The notes: generated by a model not told the origin, from the sequence alone. A stretch of 63,715 nt of DNA, filler included, from Choristocarpus tenellus KU-1152 (GCA_964200185.2; 10 parts of 10 records of this genome joined end to end with filler, not necessarily neighbours in it), one strand, 5' to 3'. Positions 46,100 through 59,774 are shown, numbered from the whole stretch's first letter. Translations and numbers: made by a program.

Positions 46100-48691
46100 T
46101 GTTAAAGTATCCCCAGCATCATGCGGATAGAAGGGATAAATACAGGAGTGTTATCAAATATTGTAGAGTGATTATTCACAGGTAGAGGGGGTGACAACAC
46201 CCTCCCTAGCTCAAACAACTCTGAGCAGTTACTAGACATAACTAGGTACTCGACTAATGAAGAAGAAAACACAAACGAACACGAATAGTTCAAAATCCAA
46301 CGAAAAAACAAACCACTAAACATAGTCTAAATTCAGCAATGCCCCTGCATGCCTCCAAAACGATTCCTCTGCTAGAGGATTGATCAGCACATCTGCATGC
46401 TGCTCGTCTGTGTTAACATGAATTATCTGTATTTGCTCATTTGTGACCAAGTCCCCCAGGAAATGGTGTCGCACATCTATGTGCTTGGTCCTGCCATAAC
46501 TCAAAGCGTTGTTGCCATATGGATGGCCCCTGTGTTGTCTTCATACACCACATAACGAGATCCAGAGATATCAGGTTGAAGATATTGCAGCACACCCTTC
46601 AAAACCAATATGTCCTTGACACTGTCTCCCGCATCTATTTACTCAGCCTCTGCTGTGGACTGTGCAATGATACGCTGGGTCGTAGAAAGCCAGGCCACAG
46701 CTACCTCTCCCACACATCACTGCCCTTCCTGATGCAGAACGTTTGTCTAGACTCTCATTGGTGAAATCTGCATCAGCATAGGCCACTAGTGTCAGTCCTG
46801 CTCCTTTCTCGTAGGTTAAGCCCAACTCCTGCGTTCCTTTCAGGTATTTGAGGATCTGGTTCACAGCTCTCCAGTGGAGACGGCTTGGAGCATAAGAGTG
46901 ACAGGCTACAGCTCTCACTGCATTAGCCACATCTGGTCTGGTCGTGTTACTGACAATCATAACCCCCCCAACTGCCTAACGAAAAGCGCAATCCTCTGAC
47001 AGGGTATCTCCCTCCCTGATTCCCAGCTTTCTGGAAGGGGCAGCAAGAATGGGATTGTTGATTGGGTGGAGAAACGCTCACACAAAGTGTCAATGTAGTT
47101 GGTCTGGGTAATGGAGAGGGTACCACGCTTCCAATATCTGGTGTAGGTAAAACCAAAAGACTCAGAGACAACTAGCCAAGGCTTTTGGTGGGGAAGGCAC
47201 AACGTATCTGGGAGGGAGTGGCGGCTGTCCATTCGTGGCCCACTTTTCCGTGTCGGGATTTTTGGGTGAATTTGGTTGCATGCGTCGGATGAATAATGTA
47301 AGTGCACATTTCCTGGTCAGGGCCCGAATGGACACTCTGGTGTAGACCCCCCCCCCCAGATACCTTGAGCCGGAACTCTTCATTCAGGGCAGCACAAAGA
47401 TCATTGCAATCATCACCAGACGCCAAAACCACCGTGTCATCCACATGAGCTGTAAGGATTATCTTGACAACACCATCCCCCCCGAGTCTAAATATACACG
47501 GGTCAATCAGACACAGCTCAAAACCATTACGCTGAAGGGTGGAAACCAGCCTAGCATTCCAAGTCCTAGAGGCTTGCTTTAAACCATACAGGGGCCTGTG
47601 AAGGCATACAGTCGTATAGGAGAGATCTCCATATCCCTGTCGGAGGCACATGTACACTTCCTCATCCAGGTCAGAATAAACAAAGACCTGCTCAACATAT
47701 AGGTGCCACATCCCCTCAGCTCCGTATCACTGCCTATACTGGCTATTTGCCTAACCGGTGGGGCGGAAGGTGTGGGGGCAAAGGTTTCAAAGTAATCAAC
47801 GCCATACTCCTAGCCAAACCCTTGAGCACATAGCCTAGCATTAGCCCCACTGAACATCCCCAAACAGTCACCCTTCCATTTATAAACCCACTTGGAATCA
47901 ATTGCCTCCCACCTCGAAGGTACACCTGCAACACTGAAGGTACCTGTATTGAGTAAACCATCCAACTCCTTAGACATAGCCTCTTCCCATACTGGCCAGT
48001 ATTCGGACTTTCGAGCCTCAGCATAAGACTGCGGAACTGGTCCCAACTCAGAAACAAGACGTTCATGAAGGGAGGTACACATCAACAGACTCTGGCGTGG
48101 ACTGTACAGCCAGGGCATAAGCAACATGCTTCCTCTCAATACACTAGCAACGAGAAACATCACATCACCAACAACTGCTCTCCCTTCAACTCTGCCACGC
48201 GTTTCCTGTCTAGTCCTACCCAACTCAACACAAGGTTCATGGACTGGATGGGGAAGAACGTCTTCCAGCTGGTGAGCTGCAGTATGGGCAGCCGTTGGGT
48301 CAGCACCTTCCTGAGTCAAGTGCTGCGAACTCAAGGATGAGACATATCCTACACTCCCTTCGCCATCTCGGGTGGTGTCTCTGGACAGACTCATTTCAAC
48401 CTAACCTCCCTCCCAATCACCAGGGGAGGGTCGACAGACAGATCCTTGACAATCTAATCTACACTCTCTTCAATGAGGGGAGAATCATTAGCCGAACCGT
48501 CTCCTTTGTTGCCAATGGATGGCCTCTCACCTAGTACAAACCTGTCCTCACTTCTGCCGCTATAGGAAGAGTAGTCAGAGAGGGATGAAGTGGAGGAGCG
48601 AGACGAACAAAGAGACTGTACATCTAATGGTGAGTCACCTGCTTCAGGATTGGAAAACCTGTCCTCAGAACAAGGGTCTGCATCAAGCCCC
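46100..48691 (-). mobile_element. Degenerate Copia 3' half: RT, RNase H, PPT (46211-46200) and 100-bp 3' LTR (46199-46100)
   Basis: VPQSYAEA..W..AMSKELDGL, SKWVYKWK, ARLCAQGF, LYGLKQASRTWN, AHVDD, TRPDVA, YADADF, RTKHIDVRHHF. AGCTAGGGAGGG then TGTTGTCACC...TTTAACA. Confidence 0.9.
47196..47371. mobile_element. MITE family B, full copy in Copia RT with a perfect GGAA TSD
   Basis: GGAA|GGCACAACGTATCTGG...CCAGATACCTTGAGCC|GGAA; the empty site reads LNEEFPTKSLG. Confidence 0.92.
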
Positions 48692-48949
48692 AAGTCAATG
48701 TATCTTAGAGGGTAGAGCCGCATCCGTTTGGGGACCAAAATCCAATGTTGCAATTTTGATGTAATTTTGGCTATCGTATTTGTTAGGAGGTGTCGACATC
48801 CTTGTTCCGAACACATCTTTTCATGATGTATAAATTTTACCTACTTCGAAACATTTCGGAGTAGGAAAATGCCGTAAGAAACCCGTGGGAAGCCAAGCTC
48901 CAAATGGACAAATAGGGAAAAACTCGTACTCTCTTAGATACTTTCACCC
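48692..48949 (+). mobile_element. MITE family A copy 7
   Basis: AAGTCAATGTATCTTAGAGGGTA...AGATACTTTCACCC; flanks CCCC/CCCC. Confidence 0.9.
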
Positions 48950-49940
48950 CCCCCCCTCATTTCGCAATGCGGGGGCAACCTCTCCTACTGGGGCGAGATT
49001 GGGGTCATTAGTGGACAATCAGGTCAGGTTACGCGTAGTGGCTCCAAGTAACAGAAGGGGGGGGGGGGGGGGGGGGGGGGCGTGGGGGGGGGTGCTGTCC
49101 GGCGCGTGCGCGGGGGAAGGGGTCTTTGATTTGCCCCACCCCCACAAACAAAAANNNNNNNNNNNNNNNNNNNNNNNNNNNNNNNNNNNNNNNNNNNNTT
49201 AATTAATTAANNNNNNNNNNNNNNNNNNNNNNNNNNNNNNNNNNNNNNNNNNNNCCATCTTTTCCGAAAGCTGAGATTGTCAACCCGATTTCATTCTGTG
49301 GGGTTATCTTCCGATTCGGCGCAGATGTTTCGCGGCACAAACTTATGGCACAGAGGTAGGATATATCTGCTGCCTTTTGCTATTATTATCAAACCCTAAA
49401 CCGAACATCCGTCAAGCATACCCTGTGTAATAGTGGTGGAACCTACACAACCGATGACTTCACAATAATATTAGGTAAAAACCTATTTTATATTTACACC
49501 ATCAACTTAGAAAATTGATTCAAATTGTTTATAGACTCAATCAAGTAGGTAAGCAGTAGTACTGTTTCGTTATTGATTAACATCACATATTATACACATT
49601 ATATATAAATAAATATGAAAAGAAATGAAACTGGCGGTACGACTGTTTTTTGATATGGTGTATATTGGACCGCTAGAGAGACAGAAAAATGCCTTCGAAT
49701 CTCAATTGGCAACGTCTTGGAAGCAGCAAACATTACGGATCAAGTTTCATCTCACCAAATATTTTTAAATCCCAAAAAATTGGAAAACCCATAAATAATC
49801 GAACTCTTTTCAAAAAAGTCAAACTGCTCTTTCAAAAATTATTTTGTTCCGTGCATACCTTCAGCATAACAGTCAACCAATGCATCACAATACACTCGAT
49901 TATTAGGAAATACATACTCAGTATTGTCATACAGATGGGC

Positions 49941-52900
49941 CTATCCACATCGATCTCCGCGAACATTCCTCCTCTTGCTGGGCTCTTCAAGATGAGGCCC
50001 GGTGTATTCCAATGACCCCACCATATTAAAAGATACAAAAAGATTCAATACTTGAATCAAACGCAACCTTCCTCCAAGAAAGAAGTATGCTGTAGTAGTA
50101 CGGAAACTCACAGTTACCAATCCCCCACAAATATGTAGGCAGCTATAAATACATCCACCTATGTGTATCTTGATGTCAAGAAAAAGCCCAAAAAACAATG
50201 GAGTGAGTGAGTGTACCACACGATCAAGAAGACCAGAAGAAAAAAAGAAAAAAGGAGATTTTTTTTTTTCCAAAAACAGATGCGTATCAATCAATGAATG
50301 TCCTTAACTAAATATAGTGCAATGCATTGAACAAATGGATCACAAAGACAAAGTTGTCCTATATTACGATGCTTAACCTATCTATCTTCTCAATATTGAC
50401 ATCACTATGAGGGAAGTCCATACTCTCAACCTATGGGGGTACTGTGAATGTCACAAATAATAAAAACAGAAATCAATACACAAACAGAACAATAAACCAC
50501 ACATGCTGCATCGAGTCACTGCCTGAGTGCCCCCAAGATGGGGAGGTCAGAGACTAATATATGTAATGCACAAGATCATATCTAGTACATGTGTGAATAT
50601 CTGTGAAATTGGGTTTTGATCACAAAAAAACGCATACATATATATACACATTGATATGTGTGTGTGTCATAGCACAGTATCATCCAGATTCGAGGCATTC
50701 TGTCCTATAGACAAAATTAATGCCAGGATGTGAATAAACCCATCTCAAATGAAGGGGTGATCAGTACCTTGGCTTTTTTTTGCTAGAAAATGTTTGATGC
50801 ATGAGATTCTATTTCACAAAACACACATGTGCCTTTTGTATATGATGTGTAAATATTTATGCACAGAACATCCGAGAAAAAAGTGTTCCTTGGACAACCC
50901 AAGGGAAACATTTCCCACCAATGAACAAACAGGAAATTGTGGTGCATGCACCTTTCACCCGGTTCAGAACAACCTTTAACTTGTCTGCAGCATGCCTATA
51001 TTACACTAAAACACTAATCTTGAATTGATCGAGTGTTTCCAACCACCCCTTCCACAGACCTACTCCAATAGGATGAACTTGCCCATCAATTACCTCCATT
51101 CACACCAACTCCCCCCCACCCGCTCCACTGGCGTTACTCCTTGCTCCTACTGCCCCTGCCTCCCTACCCATCTTAAATTCTCTCCTGAACCACACACCCG
51201 GACCTCTTTTGCCCTCAGGCTCCACTGCCTTATAGGATAATCCCCTTAGTACATTGCTACCACTGCTAGTACTATCAGAAAGGGATTTTCGCTTTAGGCG
51301 AGACATCCCAGTAGTCCCCAACATAGTCCCTAACAACGAGCCAATGCCACTCTTTACCATGGATGTTGTCATCAGACGTTTTTGTATTGGGCTCAATTCT
51401 GCAGTACTCAATGCAGTCCTTGACAAGATTTCTGGACTAGTTGAAAAGGAAACTGCAGTTGCCAGCAATGCCGCCTCTGAACTCCCCTCAAATACAACAG
51501 CATCACCGCTAGTTCCAACTTCAGTACCAGCATTACCCCTTGTTCCAGCACCTGCCACCTTCTCCTCCCCCTCTACCCCTAGTTCCCGCAGAGAGGTCTT
51601 TCTCACTCCGTCTAATGATAATGCCTTCTCCAATCCCATTGAATAATCTTGTTCAGATACATCATCAGTCCCAGGTCCTCCCACCCCAGTCCCCTCTGTC
51701 TCCATCCCTATTCCCCCCATGGAAGAGACTATCTCCTTAGAAATGCAGATGCCGTCGGTGCTACAATTTCTGTGGGGATTGATGCCCTCTTTCCTACTTC
51801 CACGGCCTCTCCTACCACGCTCCCCTTCCTTCAAACCCACTCTCTTTGCCCCCTCTCCCCCCACCAAACACGCGTCACTCATACTGTCAGCAAAGTCTAT
51901 GCAATGCTTCAACACCTTTTCAGGGTCCACTCCTCTCTCTAGCACCTTCCAGACTGCCCTCTTAAGTACTGAGACAGAGTATTTGAGAGCCACCTCTTGT
52001 ACCCCCTTGAGCTGTGTGCTATCCCCACCCTTTGCAGGAGCACCCGTCCCTCCAAAGCCCCCTGCAGCAGTCTTCAAACTTCCGTTGTCTACCAAATCAC
52101 TGCCCAGATTCATCACACCATCGCTTGTCACTCCCACAGCATTAGCGCTCCTACTTCCAAAAAAGCTGCCAACAAAGGGGGTATTGTTAACAGTTCTGGG
52201 TGCTCTCCCAACAAATGCAGCAGCAGTCGTGGCAGGACATATCATACCTACTGGAGGTTGGAAGCTGCCAACCTTGTCCATTGTACCGAGATCATTCTGA
52301 TGATGCCTTTGCGATAATTCCACTTGTGATTGACGTTGATGTTGCCTAGTTTGTTGTTGAAACCGATGCCGAAGATGCACTTCTTCTTGTTGCTTCTTTC
52401 CTCCTTCCTGTATAGTCCTAACCCTAACCTCCTCTGCTGACACTTGTTCACCATTCTCATTGACCCCCCCCCCCACACACACCCCTGAAGCCTCACCAAG
52501 GGATGGAGGTGATGTCGTGGCAACAGTTGGTAATGTACTGTCTACTGGGCCACGACCACAGGATGCAAAACCAGCTCCCGAGTTAGATTCAACTTTTTTC
52601 ACAGACTCCATAGATAGCCCTTTGCCCATTGTATCATCTTCACACCCACTCATGAGTTTACCCACACTTTCTCCAAGACTCACCACCCTCTGCTCCCCCT
52701 GCCCCCCCACACCTCTAGAGTCAATTCCTGCACCTGAAGGTAGTTTGTCCCTAGAAGCGATAACCTCTGCACCCCGCCCTTTTGTCTCTACTTCAGCACA
52801 AGCCTCCCCCCCAGCACCATCCTCTTGTCTACCACACAACACACTCACGGATTTTTCAGTTGGGAATGCCACTGCTGTTGTAGCAGCTTCAGTGTGCATC

Positions 52901-52968
52901 CTGCCTGAATGAGCACACGTGTCGCCTGTACAAGGGTTTGGTACACCCATGGTAAGAGATCCAAGCAC
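49941..52968 (-). CDS. 3' part of an unidentified gene: very large Gly/Ser/Glu-rich exon (>=52968-51204) plus a possible terminal exon 49984-49941
   Basis: 622-codon stop-free frame. A phase-1 GT donor at 51203 joins an AG acceptor giving KR|EPSKRRNVRGDRCG*. No recognised domain. Confidence 0.6.
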
Positions 52969-53308
52969 AAGAGTGCAGGAGGAGGGAGACGGGGAAGGGG
53001 GGGCATAGGGTCCAACAGTGAATACTCAGGAGGGGGGGGGGGGGGGGGGGGGGGGAAAAAAAAAAAGGGGGGGGGGGAAAACCAACCCCCCCCGGGGGGN
53101 NNNNNNNNNNNNNNNNNNNNNNNNNNNNNNNNNNNNNNNNNNNTTAATTAATTAANNNNNNNNNNNNNNNNNNNNNNNNNNNNNNNNNNNNNNNNNNNNC
53201 TGGCATGTCCGGGCCATGTCCACTACATCTTATACAAGTCTTATCAATTTTGTTTGACCTTTCCATCCCCCCCAAAAAAGTGTGTACAGTATATCGGAGG
53301 CTAAGTTG

Positions 53309-53340
<32 letters not shown>

Positions 53341-54454
53341 ACGGATCAGAAATCACCTTAGGCACCCAACAATGATTGGTATTAAAATAGTAAAATAGGA
53401 AATGATACGTATAATGCATTTTGTATTTAGAGTACTTACAGTGGAAGTATAGGATGCAAAAGACTCAAGCAGAGTGAATTAGGGGACCATGGCCACGAAG
53501 AGGTCAGCCCAAGTGAAAAAAAAAAATGACCTGACTGGCCATAGATAAAATGTTAAAACATGGCTGAGTCCATGGCCATTGCTTACTCAACATGACTGGG
53601 GCCGCCGGCTGGCTATGTACAACCAAGTTTGAACAGGACCAAGTCAATGGGCATTGACCGGTTCTACATGGCTGGACCATGGTGTGGACTGTACTGTACT
53701 GTGGCCATATGGCCAAAGGTGGACATGATAATTACCCTGCCTGATGAAAAGTTGTGTTTTTTACTATCTAGGCTGAGATTTTTTAATTTATCATTTATTA
53801 TTTTTTGAACTACAGGCACTGTATACGGTACTGTGATGTGATAGGACTACATTTGCAACCCTTTGGAACACTTCAAACAAAGAATGGGATGCTGTATGTG
53901 CCTTAGAGCCCTAGCCCTAACCTTAGAAAAGTATACCTAATCCCTATGAATCTGTGTTGTGGGGGTAATTTTCTTTTATAAAATGACAGTAGTTCCTCAT
54001 TATGCCATTGCCCCAGGGTATTGTGAGTGGCTACCACCACAATACAACAAAATGGTATAAATGATATATATATGTATATATATATGTGGTATAAATGGTA
54101 CTTCAGGAGTATATATGAATACAGGGATTGAGTTATAGTGTTTTGAGGACATGATGCCCGCATACTAGGCATTGGTTGTAGAATCCTGTTTATGTGGTTT
54201 ATGTTGTACCTTGGATATTGCAACTCAAGACCATCTAATCTATCTAGATGCTATGGTGTCGGGGTAGGGAGGAGGGGAAGTAGAGTAGACAGGCAGTAGA
54301 ATGGGTAGTAACCTCAACCCCAAGCCCCAAGACCTAAACCCTAGCCCTTAGCCTGAGAGTGATGTGTGATGTAGTTGATGGACTTAATGTGATTTGGAGA
54401 AGTGGTGATGTGAAGGTTGACTCATTGCTTCAGGATATATTTGAGTATTTTGGC

Positions 54455-54487
<33 letters not shown>

Positions 54488-55384
54488 CATTATTATTATT
54501 TCATTTTTGTTCATTGTAATTTTTCGGAGTCATGTTTGTATCTTTTGGAGGTGTTCATTGTTACATAAGTTTTTTATTATTACATATGTTTTTTATTACG
54601 TAAGTTTTTTATAACATATGTTTTTATTTTGTATACTTTCAGGTGTTGGTGTGGTCTATCAGTGTTTTAAACAAACTCCGAAGATGAATGCTGTTAATAG
54701 CACAACAATAATAGTGCTTGTGGATTTAGATAATGCACTATTATACTGTGGTAGAGGTATATTATTATTACTGTATTGCTATTATTATTACTGCTATTAT
54801 TGTTGCTGATATTGTTACTCTTATTATTACTGTTATTGTTATTATTATTTGTGAAAGTTTTGGCACTGATCACTCACCACTGCTATTAATACTGTCATTT
54901 TTTGAAGATTAGGGTTAGGGTTGGGGTTACATGAACTTCTGTTGATTGTGCAGAGGCGGTAGTTGCTCTTTGGTTAACTTCCCCCCCCCCTTTTTGGTGT
55001 AACTTAAAAAAAAAGTATAATTGTATATATACTATATAGTATATATGTACCATATGCATGTGTTTTTGTTGTGTGAACGATGTGTATCTACCCACTAAAT
55101 CTTAGCTATACAGAGAAGAGTATTATGTAGTAAAATAAAAATATAATGTAGTAAAATAAAAATGCTTGCCGGTTCTTAAAAAACAAAATCAGTTCATTTT
55201 AAAAGAGAAAAAATGAAAGAGTGGATTTTTTTCTAGCTTTTGGAGAAAGAGGAAAAAGGCAATGACAAAGAGGAGAAAGGCAATGAGAAAAACACTTCTT
55301 TTGTGTGTGGAGAACCAGGAGGGTCCGAGTTGATTCCTTGGCTATTGAAGGGCTGTAGCTCCAGAGGTACATCCAAGTGTCATC

Positions 55385-55454
55385 CGATTATGATGTGATT
55401 ATGATGCGATTTTGACCCGATTATGATGCGATTATGATGTGATTATGATGCGAT
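55385..55454. repeat. 10-bp tandem repeat (GATTATGATG/C-like)
   Basis: About 7 units. Confidence 0.85.
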
Positions 55455-56282
55455 AGGCAGGCGTACTTCTGTCCCGCTTGTAGCCAATGTGTACAAGTGG
55501 TTCTTGTAGTGTTAGGTTTGGCGTTTGCATTAGAGTCATAATTGTAAAGAGTAAGGTTCAAATCGAATTCACTGTCCCTTGTGCCAGTTGCATAAGTTCT
55601 GTCAAGATAGTCTTTTTTGTGCCTTTTTTTATTGAGTTAGGGTTAGGATTAGGGTTAGGATTAGGATTCACCGTATATAAATATACATATACTTTTTTTG
55701 TTGAGTTTTTCTAGTGCGATTCTCTCAAGTGAAACCGTTGTTATCTTTTGTTTGTGGGTGTTTTGTTCTCAAGGCAGTTTCAACGATTCACAGGTTGGTC
55801 ATTCTGTTGACAAGTGGTTAGTAAAATATTAAAACATAAAAGTGTAACTGTCTTGTCTTTGTTGTGGGTTAGGACTAGGGTTAGGGTTAGGGTTGGTGAT
55901 GGTGCTGGTGGAGGAACTGCTGCCTTGTGTGTTGGTGTTTCTATTTAATATATATATATGGTGCTTTATTAGTTTTTTGGCAATGGCTTAAAAAAAGAAG
56001 AAAATTCTGTTTTATTTTTTTATTGCCTTTACTTTTTTATCTTACTAATATTTTATTACTCGATATTTTGTTTTTGTTTTGTTATTTATTTATATGTTTA
56101 TATATTTAAAGTGTGGTGTGATGAAAACGGACGGTGGAGCGCTTGACAAGGTTATCACAAGAGTACCTACTGTTTAGGAACTGTTTTGATGCATTTGCGA
56201 TATCAATCCACTTGTAACTTGAAAGGAGAACACGAAAAATTTTGGGGACTCTGATCGATGTTGAAGGGTTAGAGTTTGGATC

Positions 56283-56388
56283 ACATACTTAATACTACAT
56301 ACCACATACCTCATACTAGATACCACATACTACATACTAAATACTAAATACTACAGGCTAGATACTACATACCACATACTAGATACTA
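56283..56388. repeat. 7-bp tandem repeat (ATACTAC/ATACCAC/ATACTAG)
   Basis: About 15 degenerate units. Confidence 0.8.
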
Positions 56389-57434
56389 GGTTGTTGTCCC
56401 AAGGTTATCAACGATGAGCCTGAGCAGGGTCTGCAAAGAAAGAAGTGTGAAAGAGTAGGTAAAAGAACATTGAGTTTATGTGATAGTAATATTAGTAGTA
56501 GAAAAAATAATATTAATACCAATAATAATGGTTATATTGGAAGTATGTGCTGTACAGGGCAATGTGCAAGGTCAAGGGGGGTGGGGGGTGGGNNNNNNNN
56601 NNTTTGCTCGGTGTCTCTTCGCGATCCTTTTGCGGTCGGGTTATTTGGGTGGTTAAGGGGGGTGGGGGGTGGGGTGACGTGAGGTGATTCTAATTTGGTT
56701 TATGGATGATTTAACAGAGTCTGCACTCTTTAGCTCTTCAATGCATCAAGAACACTTAACTTTTTTTACTATTAATGCTAATATATACATGAACATATAT
56801 TGTGGAAGGGAGCAGCTCCTGCCTGATGCATTGAATTGAACTCCTGTGTTTGTATATCACAACAGTAGTTGGAATTGTAAAAGAAAAAGTTCTCTAGAAC
56901 AAGTTGCCTGTGCCCCAGAAAAGTGATACACCGGTTTTGTTAATATTACTGTTGGCGTTTTTTAGTGATAATTTTTTTTTGGTGAATGATGAACAATGTG
57001 TACGATTGGAGTATGAGGTCGTACCATTGGCGTGTTGGTTGTAAATAGTGCCCCCTGCTGTTGTTGGCATTCACCATTCCCCCAAAGCAGATATCAAGTG
57101 CACAATGCCAATAAAAGGTACGATGAACCCTTTATTGGTGGTGTGTGTATCTCTTACACCTTACAGCCACCGCCCGTATACCTCCCTCTACCAACATCCA
57201 CCCCTATCCTTGACCCTATCCCTATTCCTATCCTTGACCCAAGTATTTTCGGTGGTAAGTGGTAACTAGTAAGTGGTAAGTAGTAAGTAGTAGTTCTGTC
57301 GCCTGTAATGCTGTGATGATCTCAGCCAGTTTCTGTGGTTAAATTTTGAGGTGGAGGTGAAGGTGAAGGTGAAGGTGAAGGTGGCTACTGTCACAGTGGG
57401 ACAAGATTTTTTTGTTTGTTTGAGGTTTTGGGGG

Positions 57435-57452
57435 TTAGGGTTAGGGTTAGGG
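57435..57452 (+). repeat. Short interstitial telomere-like (TTAGGG)3; similar tracts at 54909-54920, 55637-55666, 55869-55892
   Basis: Direct reading. Confidence 0.75.
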
Positions 57453-57680
57453 TTGCGTTTGGAGGGTAGGGCTACCGGGCTCAAGAGCTTTATTTTACTT
57501 GTGCACAAAGTCTTAACAAGTGATGAAACAATTGTATTTTTTTTTGGGGGGGGGAGGGTTCAGAGTGTGATAGGTACTGAAATAAAAAAAATCAAAATGT
57601 GATTTAGCAATTTTTTGGTGGATGGATTGATCTCACTCCCTAGAAGGCGTGTTCTTGAATCAACTCCTCTTCTTGCCTTG

Positions 57681-57721
<41 letters not shown>

Positions 57722-57751
57722 TCTTTGTGTTTGTCTTTGTGTTTTTGTCAG

Positions 57752-57835
57752 GCTGTGGATGAGAATGGTAAGGAGTACACTCTTAAGATGATACGAATAC
57801 CTCGGGATCGACTGGGAAACCTTGCAAATGAGGAG
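57752..57835 (+). CDS. Exon resembling a protein-kinase N-lobe (subdomains II-III)
   Basis: Polypyrimidine-CAG acceptor and GTGAGT donor; AVDENGKEYTLKMIRIPRDRLGNLANEE has candidate invariant K and E. Confidence 0.45.
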
Positions 57836-58533
57836 GTGAGTGATCTTTCCCCTCCTGCCCTCCCTCCCACTCCCGATATCACCTTGGCCTCACAAACCAG
57901 TAGGTTGGGTGGTGTCCTCTTGGTGGATGGGGTACTATCTATCCCCTTCTCTTTATCGACCCACTTGATACTTGGTATGTTTGCTGCTGCTGCTGCTGCT
58001 GCTGCTGCTGTGGGATTGGAGGTGTTCTGTGGATACATGTGTGACCTTTTTTGTGGTAGCAGAGGGACATGATACCTGCAGATGATGTATAATGGTGCGT
58101 GAGGTAGTTAAGGAGGGTGTAGAGAAAGAGGGGTACTGCGGTGGTACCATGTCCATTATGGTCCAATTCCAAACCTTTCTAGTATGTTCACTATTTCTCA
58201 CCCTCTTCAACTGAATCATCCTACATTTATTTTTTAACGCTAAGGTGCGCGACTCCAGACAATTNNNNNNNNNNNNNNNNNNNNNNNNNNNNNNNNNNNN
58301 NNNNNNNNTTAATTAATTAANNNNNNNNNNNNNNNNNNNNNNNNNNNNNNNNNNNNNNNNNNNNCATTTTGTACCAGTTCATACTGGAGGGGGGGCTAGG
58401 CAGTAGAGTGTGTGAATGCGGGAGGCCACGTACTATTGCATTGATATGCCACAGGGACCAACAACTACGGATGATTTACACACAGTATTCTCTAGGCATA
58501 GAAATGAGTACATCCTATGCTGCTGATGCATGC

Positions 58534-58566
<33 letters not shown>

Positions 58567-59774
58567 GTCATGGCACGATTCCACAAATCACATGGCAAAA
58601 TGACCTCCTGCAATTACCTGGCCAGAATCTCAATACTTGACATGGTCTGCCAACACTATCTCATCAGACATGCCACGGTCAGATGGACTGCTGGAGAATG
58701 CCATCGCCAGGAATGCTACCCGTGCTCGAGGTGCTTTACGTACAGTGCCACGCCAATCAGCCCAGCCCAGTTCCTGATTTGCTCGTTTAGGGCTACACAG
58801 GCCTTGTTCACCGTTCCATCCAGCCTCTTGCAGCCCAGGACAAGGACCCCAGACAGTGGAGGCTAGGGAAAGGGAATTCTGGAAGAGTTTGAAAGACTTG
58901 TTGAGTCATTGGCGTGACTGTTTCTGTTCAAGTTTTGAATTGAATAAGTTGGTTCTCATTAAGTGCTTTGCGTGCAGATATTTGAAGTATTGTAAGCGAA
59001 GAGGCGACCCAATCACTGAAACACTGGTCAAATTTAATATGATATGTCTTTTAACATACTCTGTGAAGAGGCATTGGCGAAACCTGTAAAGTATAGCAAC
59101 TACTCATTGTTGTGGTCCAGGATAGTGATTCCTGCTCTGGATAGAGGCTTGTTACATTGTATGGAAGGCTGCGGATGCATTTACTCTGAAAATAACTCAT
59201 CCAGTTGTGTATCGAGTAACACTTATAGTAAGGAGAATTTGAAGTCTGGAGAGGGGGTGACATCTTATAGAAAACTATACTACGAGATGCCAAGGTTTTT
59301 GTTCTGTAAGAAAAAGTAAATAAGATCCGAGTATAATTCTTAATCAACTCATGTGAGAAGTAACACACTGACTGAGATTGTATGTTGAATGTTTTATTAT
59401 TATTATCATTATGCCCTCTGATATTTTGCGGATGTGTCAGGGGAAAAACCAATGAAATCAGTTCACATGTCAAAAAGAAGCCCCCCCCAAAAAGTCACGG
59501 TTGTCATAAAATGTGAAAGACATTAATCTATTTACTATTTTACTACTACCTATGCAGCAGCACCAACTGCCTTCCTGTGCCTCCAACTTAGCTTAGTCCT
59601 GCACCCCAGGGTGAGGAACTAGGGAAGCATCCCAAGAATCAAACAAGCCCTTTCTTATGTAAATGTTGAATAATATACCAATTCCATGGATCAAAATACC
59701 ACAACCTTGCATATTGCAACAGTAAGTCGTGATCACATACCATGCAGATCAGTATAAGTTCGAGTGGGTACTTA

